This document shows positions 19,398 through 28,904 of a DNA stretch of 64,000 nucleotides, piece after piece. The notes beneath the pieces were generated by a model. The model did no database searches and was not told the DNA's origin. It was given only the letters and a program-made list of their open reading frames with translations. Source of the DNA: Nitrospinales bacterium (GTDB taxonomy: Bacteria; Nitrospinota; Nitrospinia; Nitrospinales; VA-1); NCBI GenBank assembly GCA_965223345.1, contig CBDCWG010000012.1, positions 2,304,001 through 2,368,000 on the forward strand, given 5' to 3'. Every line of letters starts with the position of its first letter. Positions within the stretch are counted from its first letter, which is position 1. Made by a program: the position numbers and the translations under genes.

Positions 19398-21923
19398 TCA
19401 GTTGTCCGATTCGATCGATGTCAGATTTTTGCCGTTGTCGCTTTTAAAGAAATATTCCTCGCCGATGATGCTTCTCATCATGACTTTGATTTTGTTGAAA
19501 TCTCCTGTGAGGGCCAGGCGGAACAATTCCTCGATTTTGCGGTTGAAATCGTCGTCCATCTCTCTCTTTGATTGTAAGACTTTTATTTTCTTATGGAAAG
19601 TTTCAATTGCCTCGTCACAGTCGTCCACCAGCTCCTCGAACAGCTTCTCTCCGGGGCGGATGCCGGTGAACTTGATTTTGATGTCCTTGTCGGGTTCATA
19701 TCCCGCCAATCGGATCATTTTTTGCGCCAAATCGACGATTTTTACCGGTTCGCCCATTTCCAGCACGAATATCTCGCCACCGTCTCCGATCACCGCCGCC
19801 TGCAGGATGAGCTGTACGGCCTCGGGAATGAGCATGAAATAGCGGGTCATCTCGGGATGCGTCACGGTCACCGGACCGCCGTTTTCGATCTGGTTCTGGA
19901 AGAAGGGGATGACGCTGCCCTTGCTGCCCAGCACGTTGCCGAAGCGCACGGTCATGAATTTGGTGTTGCTGCGCTGGTTCATGTACTGCACGTATTTTTC
20001 GGCGACTTTCTTGGTGGTGCCCATGACGCTGGTGGGCCGGATCACCTTGTCCGTGGAAACCATGACGAACCGTTCCACGTTGTATTTGGCGGAAACGTCC
20101 GCGGTCACTTTGGTGCCGTAAATGTTGTTCACGACCGCCTCGTCCACGTTGTCTTCCATGAGCGGCACGTGCTTGTGCGCCGCGGCGTGGAACACGATCT
20201 GCGGGCGGTACTGCGCGAAGATGGAATCCATCTTCTCTTTATTGGTGATGGAGCAGAACTTGTAATGCTGCTTGGTCGTGGCATTTTTTGAGCTGCTGCC
20301 GCCGTTGAGCAGGATGTTCAGTTCGTAAAGGTAGTTCTCCCCGCGGTCCAGCATGACGATCTCGGAAGGCTCGTACTCCATGACCTGCTGGCAGAGTTCG
20401 GAACCGATGCTGCCGCCGGCGCCGGTGATCAGAACGCGTTTGCCCCACACCATGTTCTTGATGGCGGACAGATCCAGTGAGACGGAGTCGCGGCCCAGCA
20501 GGTCGCTGATCTCAATTTTCCTGATTTTGGAAAAATGCACTTCGTTGGTCGGCAGGTCGATGACCGAAGACACGATTTTGAATTGGACCACGCATTTGCT
20601 GCAGATCTCGACCAGTTCGCTGAGGCTTTCGGAGGAGATGTTGTTGATGGCGATCAACACTTCCCGGATTCCCAGACCGGAGACCAGCTCGGGGATGTCG
20701 TGGCGGTTGCCCAGAACTTTGACGCCCATCAGATTCTTGTTTTTGATGTGCGGGTTGTCGTCCACGAACCCGCACACGCGAAAATGCGGGAAGCGGGAGC
20801 GCAGGTTCTTGAGCAGCATCGCGCCGGTGTCTCCGGCGCCGAAAATCAGCACCCGGATGCCGCCTTCTTTCACCAGGGGTTTTTGTCTTTGGCGCTCTTT
20901 CCACAATCGCCAGGCCAGGCGCGACCCGCCCAGCATGGTGACCAGCAGGATGAAGTCGATGATGGGCACCGAGCGCGGAAACGTGACCGGCGGATTGGAG
21001 TAGAGGAAAATCGACACCAGCAGCAGGATCGAGCCTGTGAGGACGGCCTTGATGATGAGGATGAGTTCCTCGAGGCTGGAGTACTCCCAGAACCGCGAAT
21101 AGAAGCGGAAATAGAAGTACGCCACCGCCCGTGACAGGATGATGAACGGGATCAGGTACAAAAAGGTGTTGAGCTCTTTTTCCGGGATGTTCCACTCGTA
21201 GCGCAAAAAGTAGGCCAGGTAAAAGGAGATCAATCCCAGAGCGGTGTCGCTGATGAAGAAGATGAGGTTCTGCGGGCTCACCTTCAGGTTCTTCAGGGAA
21301 AATGCGGATTTGAAATCGACGTTGAACAGGGAGTTCAGGATCAGGTTGATGTCATAAAGAAACGAGGACTTGTCGAGATAGATCATGGCGAGGCGGATCT
21401 TCTCGGGCATCAACTTGTTGATGTATTCTTCTTCCGGGTTGGTGGCCTTGCTCAGGATCTCTTTCTCGTTTTGGAATTCGAGGGAAGCGAGATCGGTGAT
21501 GCCGGGCCGGACGGTCAGGATGCGCAGGTACTTGCCGCGGAACATGTGGACGAACTGGCGCAACTCCGGGCGCGGCCCCACGATGCTCATGTCGCCCTTC
21601 AGGACGTTGATGAACTGAGGCAGCCCGCTCAACCGGGTCTTGCGCAAAAACCGGCCCACACGAGTGAGTTTGGCGGATTTTTGAAACCGGGACGCAGGGG
21701 GGGTGGCGCTTTCTTCGAGGGTCCGGAACTTGAGGATGAAAAACCTGCGGAATCCTTTTCCGATGCGTTCTTCGCGGAAGAAAACCGGTCCGGGTGAATC
21801 CAGTTTGATGAGAAGTGCGATCACCAGGAAAACAGGACTCAAAAGGACCAAGGCGGTGAGGGAAACCACCACGTCGAACAGGCGTTTCAGCAGGACCCAA
21901 TATAAGGATGAGATCGATTTCAT
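19398..21923 (-). CDS. Fused monotopic phosphoglycosyl transferase (Bac_transf/PglC-like) + membrane UDP-HexNAc 4,6-dehydratase (PglF/WbpM/CapD-like)
   Basis: N-term KRLFD...DSPGP.FF...LKFRT...GDMSIVGPRP...RPGIT, then TM segments, GAGDTG, GAGGSIGSE, HAAAHKHVP, STDK and VRFGNVLGS. Start ATG 21923 (or GTG 21959). Confidence 0.9.
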   Translation of the reverse strand: MKSISSLYWVLLKRLFDVVVSLTALVLLSPVFLVIALLIKLDSPGPVFFREERIGKGFRRFFILKFRTLEESATPPASRFQKSAKLTRVGRFLRKTRLSGLPQFINVLKGDMSIVGPRPELRQFVHMFRGKYLRILTVRPGITDLASLEFQNEKEILSKATNPEEEYINKLMPEKIRLAMIYLDKSSFLYDINLILNSLFNVDFKSAFSLKNLKVSPQNLIFFISDTALGLISFYLAYFLRYEWNIPEKELNTFLYLIPFIILSRAVAYFYFRFYSRFWEYSSLEELILIIKAVLTGSILLLVSIFLYSNPPVTFPRSVPIIDFILLVTMLGGSRLAWRLWKERQRQKPLVKEGGIRVLIFGAGDTGAMLLKNLRSRFPHFRVCGFVDDNPHIKNKNLMGVKVLGNRHDIPELVSGLGIREVLIAINNISSESLSELVEICSKCVVQFKIVSSVIDLPTNEVHFSKIRKIEISDLLGRDSVSLDLSAIKNMVWGKRVLITGAGGSIGSELCQQVMEYEPSEIVMLDRGENYLYELNILLNGGSSSKNATTKQHYKFCSITNKEKMDSIFAQYRPQIVFHAAAHKHVPLMEDNVDEAVVNNIYGTKVTADVSAKYNVERFVMVSTDKVIRPTSVMGTTKKVAEKYVQYMNQRSNTKFMTVRFGNVLGSKGSVIPFFQNQIENGGPVTVTHPEMTRYFMLIPEAVQLILQAAVIGDGGEIFVLEMGEPVKIVDLAQKMIRLAGYEPDKDIKIKFTGIRPGEKLFEELVDDCDEAIETFHKKIKVLQSKREMDDDFNRKIEELFRLALTGDFNKIKVMMRSIIGEEYFFKSDNGKNLTSIESDN

Positions 21924-22566
21924 AACAAGAGGCAGTCCCTTGTCGGAACAGCGAAGCACCGTTCCGCACGGTTACGTCAATTTCGCTATCGAAGACAACC
22001 CCTGTGTTGTCCCCCATGCTGCTTCAATGGTTTACAGGGTGCCACGCCCGTATGGAGGATTGATCAAGGGAATGTAACAGTTCGATAACAAAATGAAAAA
22101 AACGCAACCCACCCGGTCTTTGTCATTCTTGGGGAGATGGCTGAAAATCGTCCCACAGAAAGAAAATGCACCAAACTCCCAAAGAATTACATCTACATTT
22201 GATGGATTTATGATTTACATTTCTTGAAATATTACTCAAATACCGGAAACCTTGTCAAGGTGCAACTGGGGCCGGGAAGGGTGATCTAACTTACAAAAAT
22301 ATAGTAACTTATTGTCTCTTTAGGCAGAACCGCCGCAATTATTTTTCCGCACCGGAACGCAATCAGATGGAAACCGGTTCGGCGGAATTTCCGAGGATCG
22401 AACTGAACTTATTGAAAATATTTGTAAATCAGGAAAACATTCCCAAACAGGCGTGACGGTGCCGTGGAAGCGGTTCTTTTTCAACAGGTGGAAGTGGAGC
22501 CGGGTGTATGAAAAATTTCGGGTTTTTGCAGTATTTTGCTCAGCGATTCTCAAAAAACGAACATAA

Positions 22567-22598
22567 AATCAATAGTTTAATGTGGCACGGAGCGTGCT
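22567..22598 (+). promoter_or_regulatory. IHF site followed by sigma54 (-24/-12) promoter
   Basis: AATCAAtagtTTA (22567-22579) matches WATCAANNNNTTR. TGGCACGGAGCGTGCT (22583-22598) matches TGGCAC-N5-TTGC with one mismatch. TGT-N11-ACA lies upstream at 22423-22439. Confidence 0.72.
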
Positions 22599-22669
22599 TC
22601 TTTCTTCGCAACGTGCCCGAAACCGGGTATTGAAAAGGCTCTTGGAAATCATTTACAGGCGGAAAAGCT

Positions 22670-22816
22670 ATGAAAATCAAAGAGGGGACCTGGGCGGAAA
22701 ACATCAAAATGGGATTTCTGACTTTTCTATCGACACTTCCCCTGGGGTATCTGCTGCTTCTCTTGATCGACGACTGGCTGTTCTCGGTCGTGAAAGTGTT
22801 TTACCTCGTTCCCTGA
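22670..22816 (+). CDS. Small (48 aa) hydrophobic membrane peptide, below the ORF-track cutoff
   Basis: MKIKEGTWAENIKMGFLTFLSTLPLGYLLLLLIDDWLFSVVKVFYLVP*, with purine-rich AGGCGGA upstream, ~70 nt after the sigma54 site. Confidence 0.6.
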   Translation: MKIKEGTWAENIKMGFLTFLSTLPLGYLLLLLIDDWLFSVVKVFYLVP

Positions 22817-23228
22817 TATACCCCGCAAAGGATTCCCTCCCCACAACCCTGCCGACCCTGGATTCCTCATCCCCGTTTTATCTGCGATGCGATCGGGACG
22901 GAAAAACGACTCCCGATTCGCCGGGCGGTTAAACGGATTGGCATGGGAGAGGATCACCGTCCTTTAATTTAATTTGACCGCGCGAATGTAAATCTGACGG
23001 CGAGGCTAACCATCTGATTTTAAAGCTTTATCATCTAAAAAATGGTGCTAGCTATATAGGAAAAATATAAAAAATGTTTTAAATCAACGTTGTAACTGTT
23101 AAAAAATATTTAAATTTGCTATAATTTACACTAGTTTTCTGGGTGGTCCGGGACGTTACTCACAGGCCCAAAGGGGCCGAAACACTTTTATTTTTCGGTT
23201 TTTAAAGCAAAAATTAGTCTCGTTTTTA

Positions 23229-23257
23229 TTGACACCTGTGGAATCAAATTGTATAGT
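23229..23257 (+). promoter_or_regulatory. sigma70-type promoter
   Basis: TTGACA-N17-TATAGT with AT-rich sequence upstream. Confidence 0.75.
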
Positions 23258-23262
23258 GCGCG

Positions 23263-23810
23263 GAACGATGGGCGGCGGTTTATCAATCTTTTTCCGTTGA
23301 ATAGCGCGCTACCTTCGCGAACGAAGCCCATCTATCGTGGAATACTCGGAAATTCAATGACTTTCCTTTAAATTGGGTTTTCGAAGCAGATCCGAAGGTT
23401 TGTTTGAAATTCGGATTCACTAAAATGCGACACTCAAACGGACCATCGATGCAGGAGGAGAGATCGAATGGCTTTGCGGTGGCATTTGCCTTTTCACCCG
23501 CCTATTTCAACAACAGCGGTCTCCTGCTTCCTGCCTGAATCGAAAGCGTTTGAACCTCAGGGCCTGCGAAGATGACGCGGCTCGCGATGGTTTTGAGGTC
23601 GTTTGAAACCCTGAAGCCGCTCTGTAGATGTGCCATTTTGGGCTAATCGGGGTTCGGCTGGAAGCGGGTTTCATTCTGAATTTCAAATGACTTCCGGATA
23701 GGGGCTGCAGGCCGGAACTCTGTGTGACATTTCGGGGAATCCTGATCAGGAGATAAAAACGGGAGTGGCTGCTGCGGACGATCGGCGATCGATCTGATCC
23801 CGTTTTTTAA
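23263..23810 (+). ncRNA. Putative long structured 5' leader RNA of the export genes
   Basis: Consecutive complementary segments (see finding) ending in an aaaaacggga/tcccgtttttt stem plus U-tract. No recognised RNA family. Confidence 0.4.
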
Positions 23811-23852
23811 AGTTTTTAAATCCGTATGACCAACGTACCGGTGGGGGATTTG

Positions 23853-25139
23853 ATGAGAAAGTTTTTGAGCGGTTCTGGCTTTGGTTTACTGCTGTTGCTG
23901 TTTCTTCCTTCAATCGGGGCAGCTCAGATCGAAATTTTTCCAAAGGGTGGTTTGGACTTGAGAACGGATGAGGGAAAAATCCGTATTGGCCGAGTGGAGA
24001 TCCATCCGGGCCTTGCGCTGGAATCACGATACGACAGCAATGTGTTTCAGGAGGCCAACAAGACCTTTGAAAATGGAACCAGCGAAGATAAGGACGATGA
24101 TTTTATTTTCACGATCTCTCCATCGATCGGCATCAATCTGGAACGTGGCAAGGGGGAGTTGCTTGGTTTTGATTTCAAATACATCGGAAACAGCGAACAC
24201 TTCGTCAATCTTTCCAGTGAGGACACCTTCGAGCACGACGTCAACGCTTCCGTGAACTTCGGCGGACCGGGCGGAAGGACGGACGTCACCCTGGGTGGCC
24301 GCTACTTCAAAACCCGCAGCATTCAAGACAGGGATCTGCAGAGTAACCTCGGGGCCCGCCAGGATGAGGAAGACTCCAAACTTTTTGCGAACCTGGTTTA
24401 TATCCTGTCTGAGACTTTCAGGGTCCGGCTCAACGGCGATTTTCGTAGAGAGGATTTTTCCGGCTCTCCGGGCATCGATATTGAGGACGTGGACACCATC
24501 AACCTCGGGGGTGCGGTTTTCTGGCAGATCACGCAGCCGACCGCGATCGGGGTCCGATACAATCACCGAATCCGGGATTACTTGACTCCCTCGACGACCA
24601 ACTTTGACGGTGAGGCGGATGCGATTTTCTTTCTCGTCAAATGGGAGCCGACGAAGCTGTTGCGCAGTGAGGTGGAACTGGGTTACGAGACCAAGCGCTT
24701 CGATAATATTTCCGGCCAGGACGTAGACGATTTCGTTTTCAATGTGGATGTGGAATACAGCCCCACGCAGCGAAGAAAATTTCTTTTCAACGCCACCCGT
24801 CAGATTCAGGACTCATCGTTCCGGTTGATCCAGGCTTTCATCTATACCGCGGCGGAGGGCAGCGTGTTGCAGCGGCTCGGGCGGAAGTTTTCCACGAGGG
24901 CCGGTTTTCAGTTTGAAAACCTCGATTACCAGAAGTCGGCGGTGGACAATACTTCGATCGGTGGTGTCAGCAGAGTGCGTGTGGACAATACCATCACGGG
25001 AACCCTGGCGGTCATCTACGATATCCAAAGTTGGCTCAAGGCCGAAGCGGAATACAAATACGAGCAGAATTTTTCCAATTTTGATGACCGGGATTACGAG
25101 CAGAATGTCGGAACCCTGCGGCTTTCAGCGACTTACTGA
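23853..25139 (+). CDS. Outer-membrane beta-barrel protein associated with polysaccharide export
   Basis: Signal peptide, HPGL...RYDSNVF N-terminal motif, alternating amphipathic strands and C-terminal LRLSATY. Directly upstream of the OPX gene. Confidence 0.8.
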   Translation: MRKFLSGSGFGLLLLLFLPSIGAAQIEIFPKGGLDLRTDEGKIRIGRVEIHPGLALESRYDSNVFQEANKTFENGTSEDKDDDFIFTISPSIGINLERGKGELLGFDFKYIGNSEHFVNLSSEDTFEHDVNASVNFGGPGGRTDVTLGGRYFKTRSIQDRDLQSNLGARQDEEDSKLFANLVYILSETFRVRLNGDFRREDFSGSPGIDIEDVDTINLGGAVFWQITQPTAIGVRYNHRIRDYLTPSTTNFDGEADAIFFLVKWEPTKLLRSEVELGYETKRFDNISGQDVDDFVFNVDVEYSPTQRRKFLFNATRQIQDSSFRLIQAFIYTAAEGSVLQRLGRKFSTRAGFQFENLDYQKSAVDNTSIGGVSRVRVDNTITGTLAVIYDIQSWLKAEAEYKYEQNFSNFDDRDYEQNVGTLRLSATY

Positions 25140-25466
25140 TTCCGCTTTCGACGCACTTTCATATTTTCCTTTTATTTTCTTTAGGTTAGATGATGAATGG
25201 GGGCCGAAATCTATTTTCGGCCTTTTTTTTATTTGCGCTTGCGGACGTTTGGTTTACACTCTAGACAATCCGCTATGTGCTCGTAAAGGTGGTCCGTTCT
25301 TCCCGGAAGGGTTTCAGATTGTCAGCAGATAACCGGGACGATGCGCGCGCTGCAATGTTGACCTTCTGACCTTAAATTACGATTGAATTCCAAGATCTTC
25401 GGAACTTTTCAATAAACCTCTTATGTATCCTCTGATATCCAATACCTTTTGGGGAGTGAAGCCGTT

Positions 25467-26390
25467 ATGAAGAGAAATTCATTGATCGTTGTCCTCTGTT
25501 CCCTTTTTTGTTTTATCATTGCCCATTCTTCATTTGCCGCGCCGGCCAAGCAGTTTACAGGTAAAGTTCTACCCGGTTCGGGAAAAGGGAAGGATGACTT
25601 TCCTCCCTCCACTCCCATCATCAATCAGAGCAACCCCTTTGTTCTTGGGCCGGAAGATCTCATCACGGTTTCTGTTTGGGGGAACAAGGAACTGACGACG
25701 GAAATGCCCGTGCGGCCGGACGGCACGATTTCTTTTCCTCTTATTGGGGATATCATGGCGCAAGGGTTGACCCCGGCTCAGTTGAAGGAAAAAATCACCG
25801 ATGATCTGAGAAACTTCGTCACCGATGCCAGCGTGACGGTCATCGTCAAGCAGATCAACAGCATTAAGATTTCCATCGCCGGTGAGGTGAGAGAGCCCGG
25901 AACCTTTCAGATCAACCGGCCCGTGACGCTGCTGCATGTGTTTTCGATCGTCAAAGGATTCACCGAAAAAGCGGATTTGCGCACGTCCTATCTGTTGAGG
26001 AACGGGAAAAAAATGAACATCGATTTTCACGCTCTTGTGAAAAACGACGATTTCACGCAGAACGTCTGGCTGAAGTCCAACGACATCATCTTCATTCACG
26101 ATAACTTCGGCAACCGCGTGAATGTCATGGGTGAGGTGGTCAAGCCCCAGGTCGTCACCTTTCAGGAGGGAATGACGGTGATGGACGCCATCCTCGTTGC
26201 GGAAGGATTGACGGACATCGCCAAGGCAAATGGCACCAAGGTGTACCGAAGGAACAAGCGCGGAAACTTTGACAAGGACATCGAAAAAATCAATGTGGAG
26301 CTGGACAAGGTGATTTTTGACGGCGACCTGTCTAAAAACATCCTGCTGAAGCCTGGAGACATCATCCATGTTCCCCGCAGCTTTTTCTAG
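25467..26390 (+). CDS. wza: Polysaccharide export (OPX/Wza-family) protein with Poly_export + SLBB domains, short form
   Basis: LGPEDLITVSVW...VRPDGTISFPLIGDI..QGLT, GEVREPG and GEVVKP. Ends LKPGDIIHVPRSFF with no C-terminal OM helix. Confidence 0.88.
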   Translation: MKRNSLIVVLCSLFCFIIAHSSFAAPAKQFTGKVLPGSGKGKDDFPPSTPIINQSNPFVLGPEDLITVSVWGNKELTTEMPVRPDGTISFPLIGDIMAQGLTPAQLKEKITDDLRNFVTDASVTVIVKQINSIKISIAGEVREPGTFQINRPVTLLHVFSIVKGFTEKADLRTSYLLRNGKKMNIDFHALVKNDDFTQNVWLKSNDIIFIHDNFGNRVNVMGEVVKPQVVTFQEGMTVMDAILVAEGLTDIAKANGTKVYRRNKRGNFDKDIEKINVELDKVIFDGDLSKNILLKPGDIIHVPRSFF

Positions 26391-26430
26391 TCCCCCGTTC
26401 AGCAACGGCTGAGAAAGCCTTTTCGTTGTG

Positions 26431-26470
26431 AGCCGCTGACCGATTGCAGATCGGTCAGCGGCTTTTTTTT
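26431..26470 (+). terminator. Rho-independent terminator after wza
   Basis: agccgctgaccgat-tgcag-atcggtcagcggct followed by a T-run. Confidence 0.85.
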
Positions 26471-26504
26471 GCCCCAACGGTCCATTTTAAAGAGGTCGGC
26501 TGAG

Positions 26505-27164
26505 TTGAAAATCAAACTGTTTGCAGGCTGCCTGTTATCGGGAATTCTGTTGGTCGGAATGTCGGGTGCGCACCCGTCTTTTCCTCCCGATTACGACACC
26601 GCACGCCCCTTGTTCTGGTCGAAACTGTATCCCCAGGGGGGTGAGACCTTGTATTGCGGGACAAAATTTTCAGGGCGGCGAGGCCGCAAGTTCAATGTGG
26701 AGCACGTGTTTCCCATGTCCTGGGTCATCCGTGAGTTGAAATGCGGCACGCGGACTCAATGCCGGAAGAGCAGCCAAACCTTCAATAAAATTGAAGCGGA
26801 CATGCACAACCTGTTTCCCTCTCTCAAGTACATCAACGACGCCCGCGGGAGTTTTCGCTACGGCATGATTCCCGGAGAAAAACGCCAGTTCGGGAAAAAA
26901 TGCGATTTTGAAGTCAACTTCAGAAGGCGGGTGGTGGAGCCCCGCAAAGCGGTGCGTGGAGACATCGCGCGGGCCATGTTTTACATGAAGGACACGTATG
27001 GAATGGTGATCTTCCGCAAGCAGGGCAATCTGTTGCTGAATTGGCATGAAGCCGACCCGCCTTCCCGGTTCGAAAAGAGGAGGAACGACAAGATCGAGAA
27101 GATACAGGGCAATCGCAACAAGTTCATCGACAAGCCCGAACTGGCGCGTGACTTGCGGTTTTGA
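26505..27164 (+). CDS. endA: Secreted endonuclease I (EndA/Dns/Vvn family)
   Basis: TLYCG, VEHVFP, EADMHNLFP, RGDIARAMFYM and QGNRNKF motifs plus a signal peptide. Start moved to TTG 26505 (GAGG upstream) because 26469 lies in the terminator. Confidence 0.88.
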   Translation: MKIKLFAGCLLSGILLVGMSGAHPSFPPDYDTARPLFWSKLYPQGGETLYCGTKFSGRRGRKFNVEHVFPMSWVIRELKCGTRTQCRKSSQTFNKIEADMHNLFPSLKYINDARGSFRYGMIPGEKRQFGKKCDFEVNFRRRVVEPRKAVRGDIARAMFYMKDTYGMVIFRKQGNLLLNWHEADPPSRFEKRRNDKIEKIQGNRNKFIDKPELARDLRF

Positions 27165-27175
27165 AGTCAGCGATT

Positions 27176-28180
27176 CTAAAGTGTGAAATCGATGATGAGG
27201 GGATAATGATCGGAACCGATATCGGGGCCCGTTTGAATGTCCAGTAAAGTGACTCCTTTAGATATCAGGCAATGATCGATGGGGATTTGGAAGGGAAAGG
27301 CATAGGCCGGCCAGGAAGGGAGGATCCCTCTCCCTCTGCGTGCGTCGATGAGACGGGTGGAGTCGATGAACTTTTTAAAATGAACGGACCAGGGCGTCGT
27401 GTTCAAATCCCCCATCACCATCACGCGTTCGGAATCGGGTAAGGCGTTGACGCGGCGGGCCAGTTGCGCCAACTGTGCGTTGCGGTAACGGAAGAACTTC
27501 TGGTTTCTCGGAGGATCCAGATGCACCCCGATCAGAGTCAGGTTGCTGGGCGAACCGTTGAATTTAACGGAGACGAAGGGAATGTCGTTGTGGTCAAAAT
27601 ACAGCACCTCTGCTTTTTCATATTCGATCTGGCTCAGAAAACCCATGCCGGAGCCGTCGTCCCGCTCGGAAAGCTGTGTATAGGAATAACTGTTCAGGGT
27701 GTGTTGCAGTTCCGACCGAAGCCGCTTGTTGAATTCTTCGATGAAAATGAAATCGGGTCGGGTGTGCTCGATAAATTCCCGAATCTTTTCGCTGTTGCGG
27801 TTGTAGGAATAAAGATTCATTGTGACAGCGCGAAAGGCGGGGGACAGGGCGGTGGCTTCATCGATGCTTTTGAACCAATAAGGATGAATTTCCGCGCCAT
27901 TCACAAGCGCCAATGCGAGTGAAAAAACAGCCGCGCGGAACGACCTGTGAAAAATGAAGCAAACTGCGAGGGCAAGAAAGAGCGCGCAATACTGGACGCG
28001 GAAATGACTGAAATTGTCCAGGAAGGAATGGGAGTGGCCGAAAAAACCGGCGAGGGAAACGAATCCGAGCAAACCCGCAATCGTGATGAAAAACTTTTTG
28101 CCAAGCGGGTTTGTCGTTCTCAAGAATTCAACGATGCCAGAACTTCTATTTGAAAGTGCGCTTTGTTGTAAAGGCGTCAA
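27176..28180 (-). CDS. Membrane-anchored endonuclease/exonuclease/phosphatase (EEP) family protein
   Basis: N-terminal TM segments, then MN, EE, GDLNTTPWS, IPIDH and GSDHYP motifs. Confidence 0.85.
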   Translation of the reverse strand: MTPLQQSALSNRSSGIVEFLRTTNPLGKKFFITIAGLLGFVSLAGFFGHSHSFLDNFSHFRVQYCALFLALAVCFIFHRSFRAAVFSLALALVNGAEIHPYWFKSIDEATALSPAFRAVTMNLYSYNRNSEKIREFIEHTRPDFIFIEEFNKRLRSELQHTLNSYSYTQLSERDDGSGMGFLSQIEYEKAEVLYFDHNDIPFVSVKFNGSPSNLTLIGVHLDPPRNQKFFRYRNAQLAQLARRVNALPDSERVMVMGDLNTTPWSVHFKKFIDSTRLIDARRGRGILPSWPAYAFPFQIPIDHCLISKGVTLLDIQTGPDIGSDHYPLIIDFTL

Positions 28181-28181
28181 T

Positions 28182-28901
28182 CTATATTGACATGACGATC
28201 TGCTCCGCGCCTGGAGGTGGATAGGGCGTCAGCGGGATGGCTCGGCGCGCGTGTTCGATCACGATTTTCTCCGCATTCAATCTGGATAATAAATAGACCA
28301 CTCCCTGCAACGCGAGCTTTCTCGACAGGATGGCTGTGATTGTCAACAGGATCAACTCGATATCCAGGATAAAACTTCGTTTCTGGATATAAAAAAGACC
28401 GAGACGGCTTTTCCACGGCCGGATCAGTTGATTGTAGGACAGATCCGGGTCTTTGCTGTCCTTGAGGATTTCTCCTTCATCGGAAAACACGATGGAGGAA
28501 AAATCGGTGATCCCGGGGCGGACGGTCAACAGTTTCTTTTCTTCCAATGTGTATTTTTTTACTTCCTCGATCACTTGCGGCCGCGGGCCCACCAGGCTCA
28601 TGTCGCCGATCAGCACGTTCCAGAGTTGAGTCAATTCGTCCAGCTTGAATTTGCGAATCAAGGCTCCGATCTTAGTGATGCGCGGGTCGTTTGTAGATGT
28701 GGACTTGAGTCCCGAGCGATTCACAACCATCGAGCGGATCTTCACCATGGAAAACGGCAGGTTGTTTTTCCCCGCCCGGGGGGCGATGTAGAACGGAGAC
28801 TTGAAATCCTGAAGCCAGACCAGAAAAAGGGCGATCAATAGAATCGGGCTCGCCAGGATCAAACCGGTGAGAGATGCGGTGATATCGAGTGCGCGTTTCA
28901 T
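28182..28901 (-). CDS. Monotopic phosphoglycosyl (sugar) transferase
   Basis: MKRALD, KIRSM, DPRIT, KLDEL, GDMSLVGPRP and RPGIT motifs. Confidence 0.92.
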   Translation of the reverse strand: MKRALDITASLTGLILASPILLIALFLVWLQDFKSPFYIAPRAGKNNLPFSMVKIRSMVVNRSGLKSTSTNDPRITKIGALIRKFKLDELTQLWNVLIGDMSLVGPRPQVIEEVKKYTLEEKKLLTVRPGITDFSSIVFSDEGEILKDSKDPDLSYNQLIRPWKSRLGLFYIQKRSFILDIELILLTITAILSRKLALQGVVYLLSRLNAEKIVIEHARRAIPLTPYPPPGAEQIVMSI

Positions 28902-28904
28902 GGC

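Noticed and set aside
23271..23315. ops/JUMPstart-like words (ggcggtt; ggtagc on the minus strand)
   Set aside because: No full GGCGGTAG on the transcribed strand.
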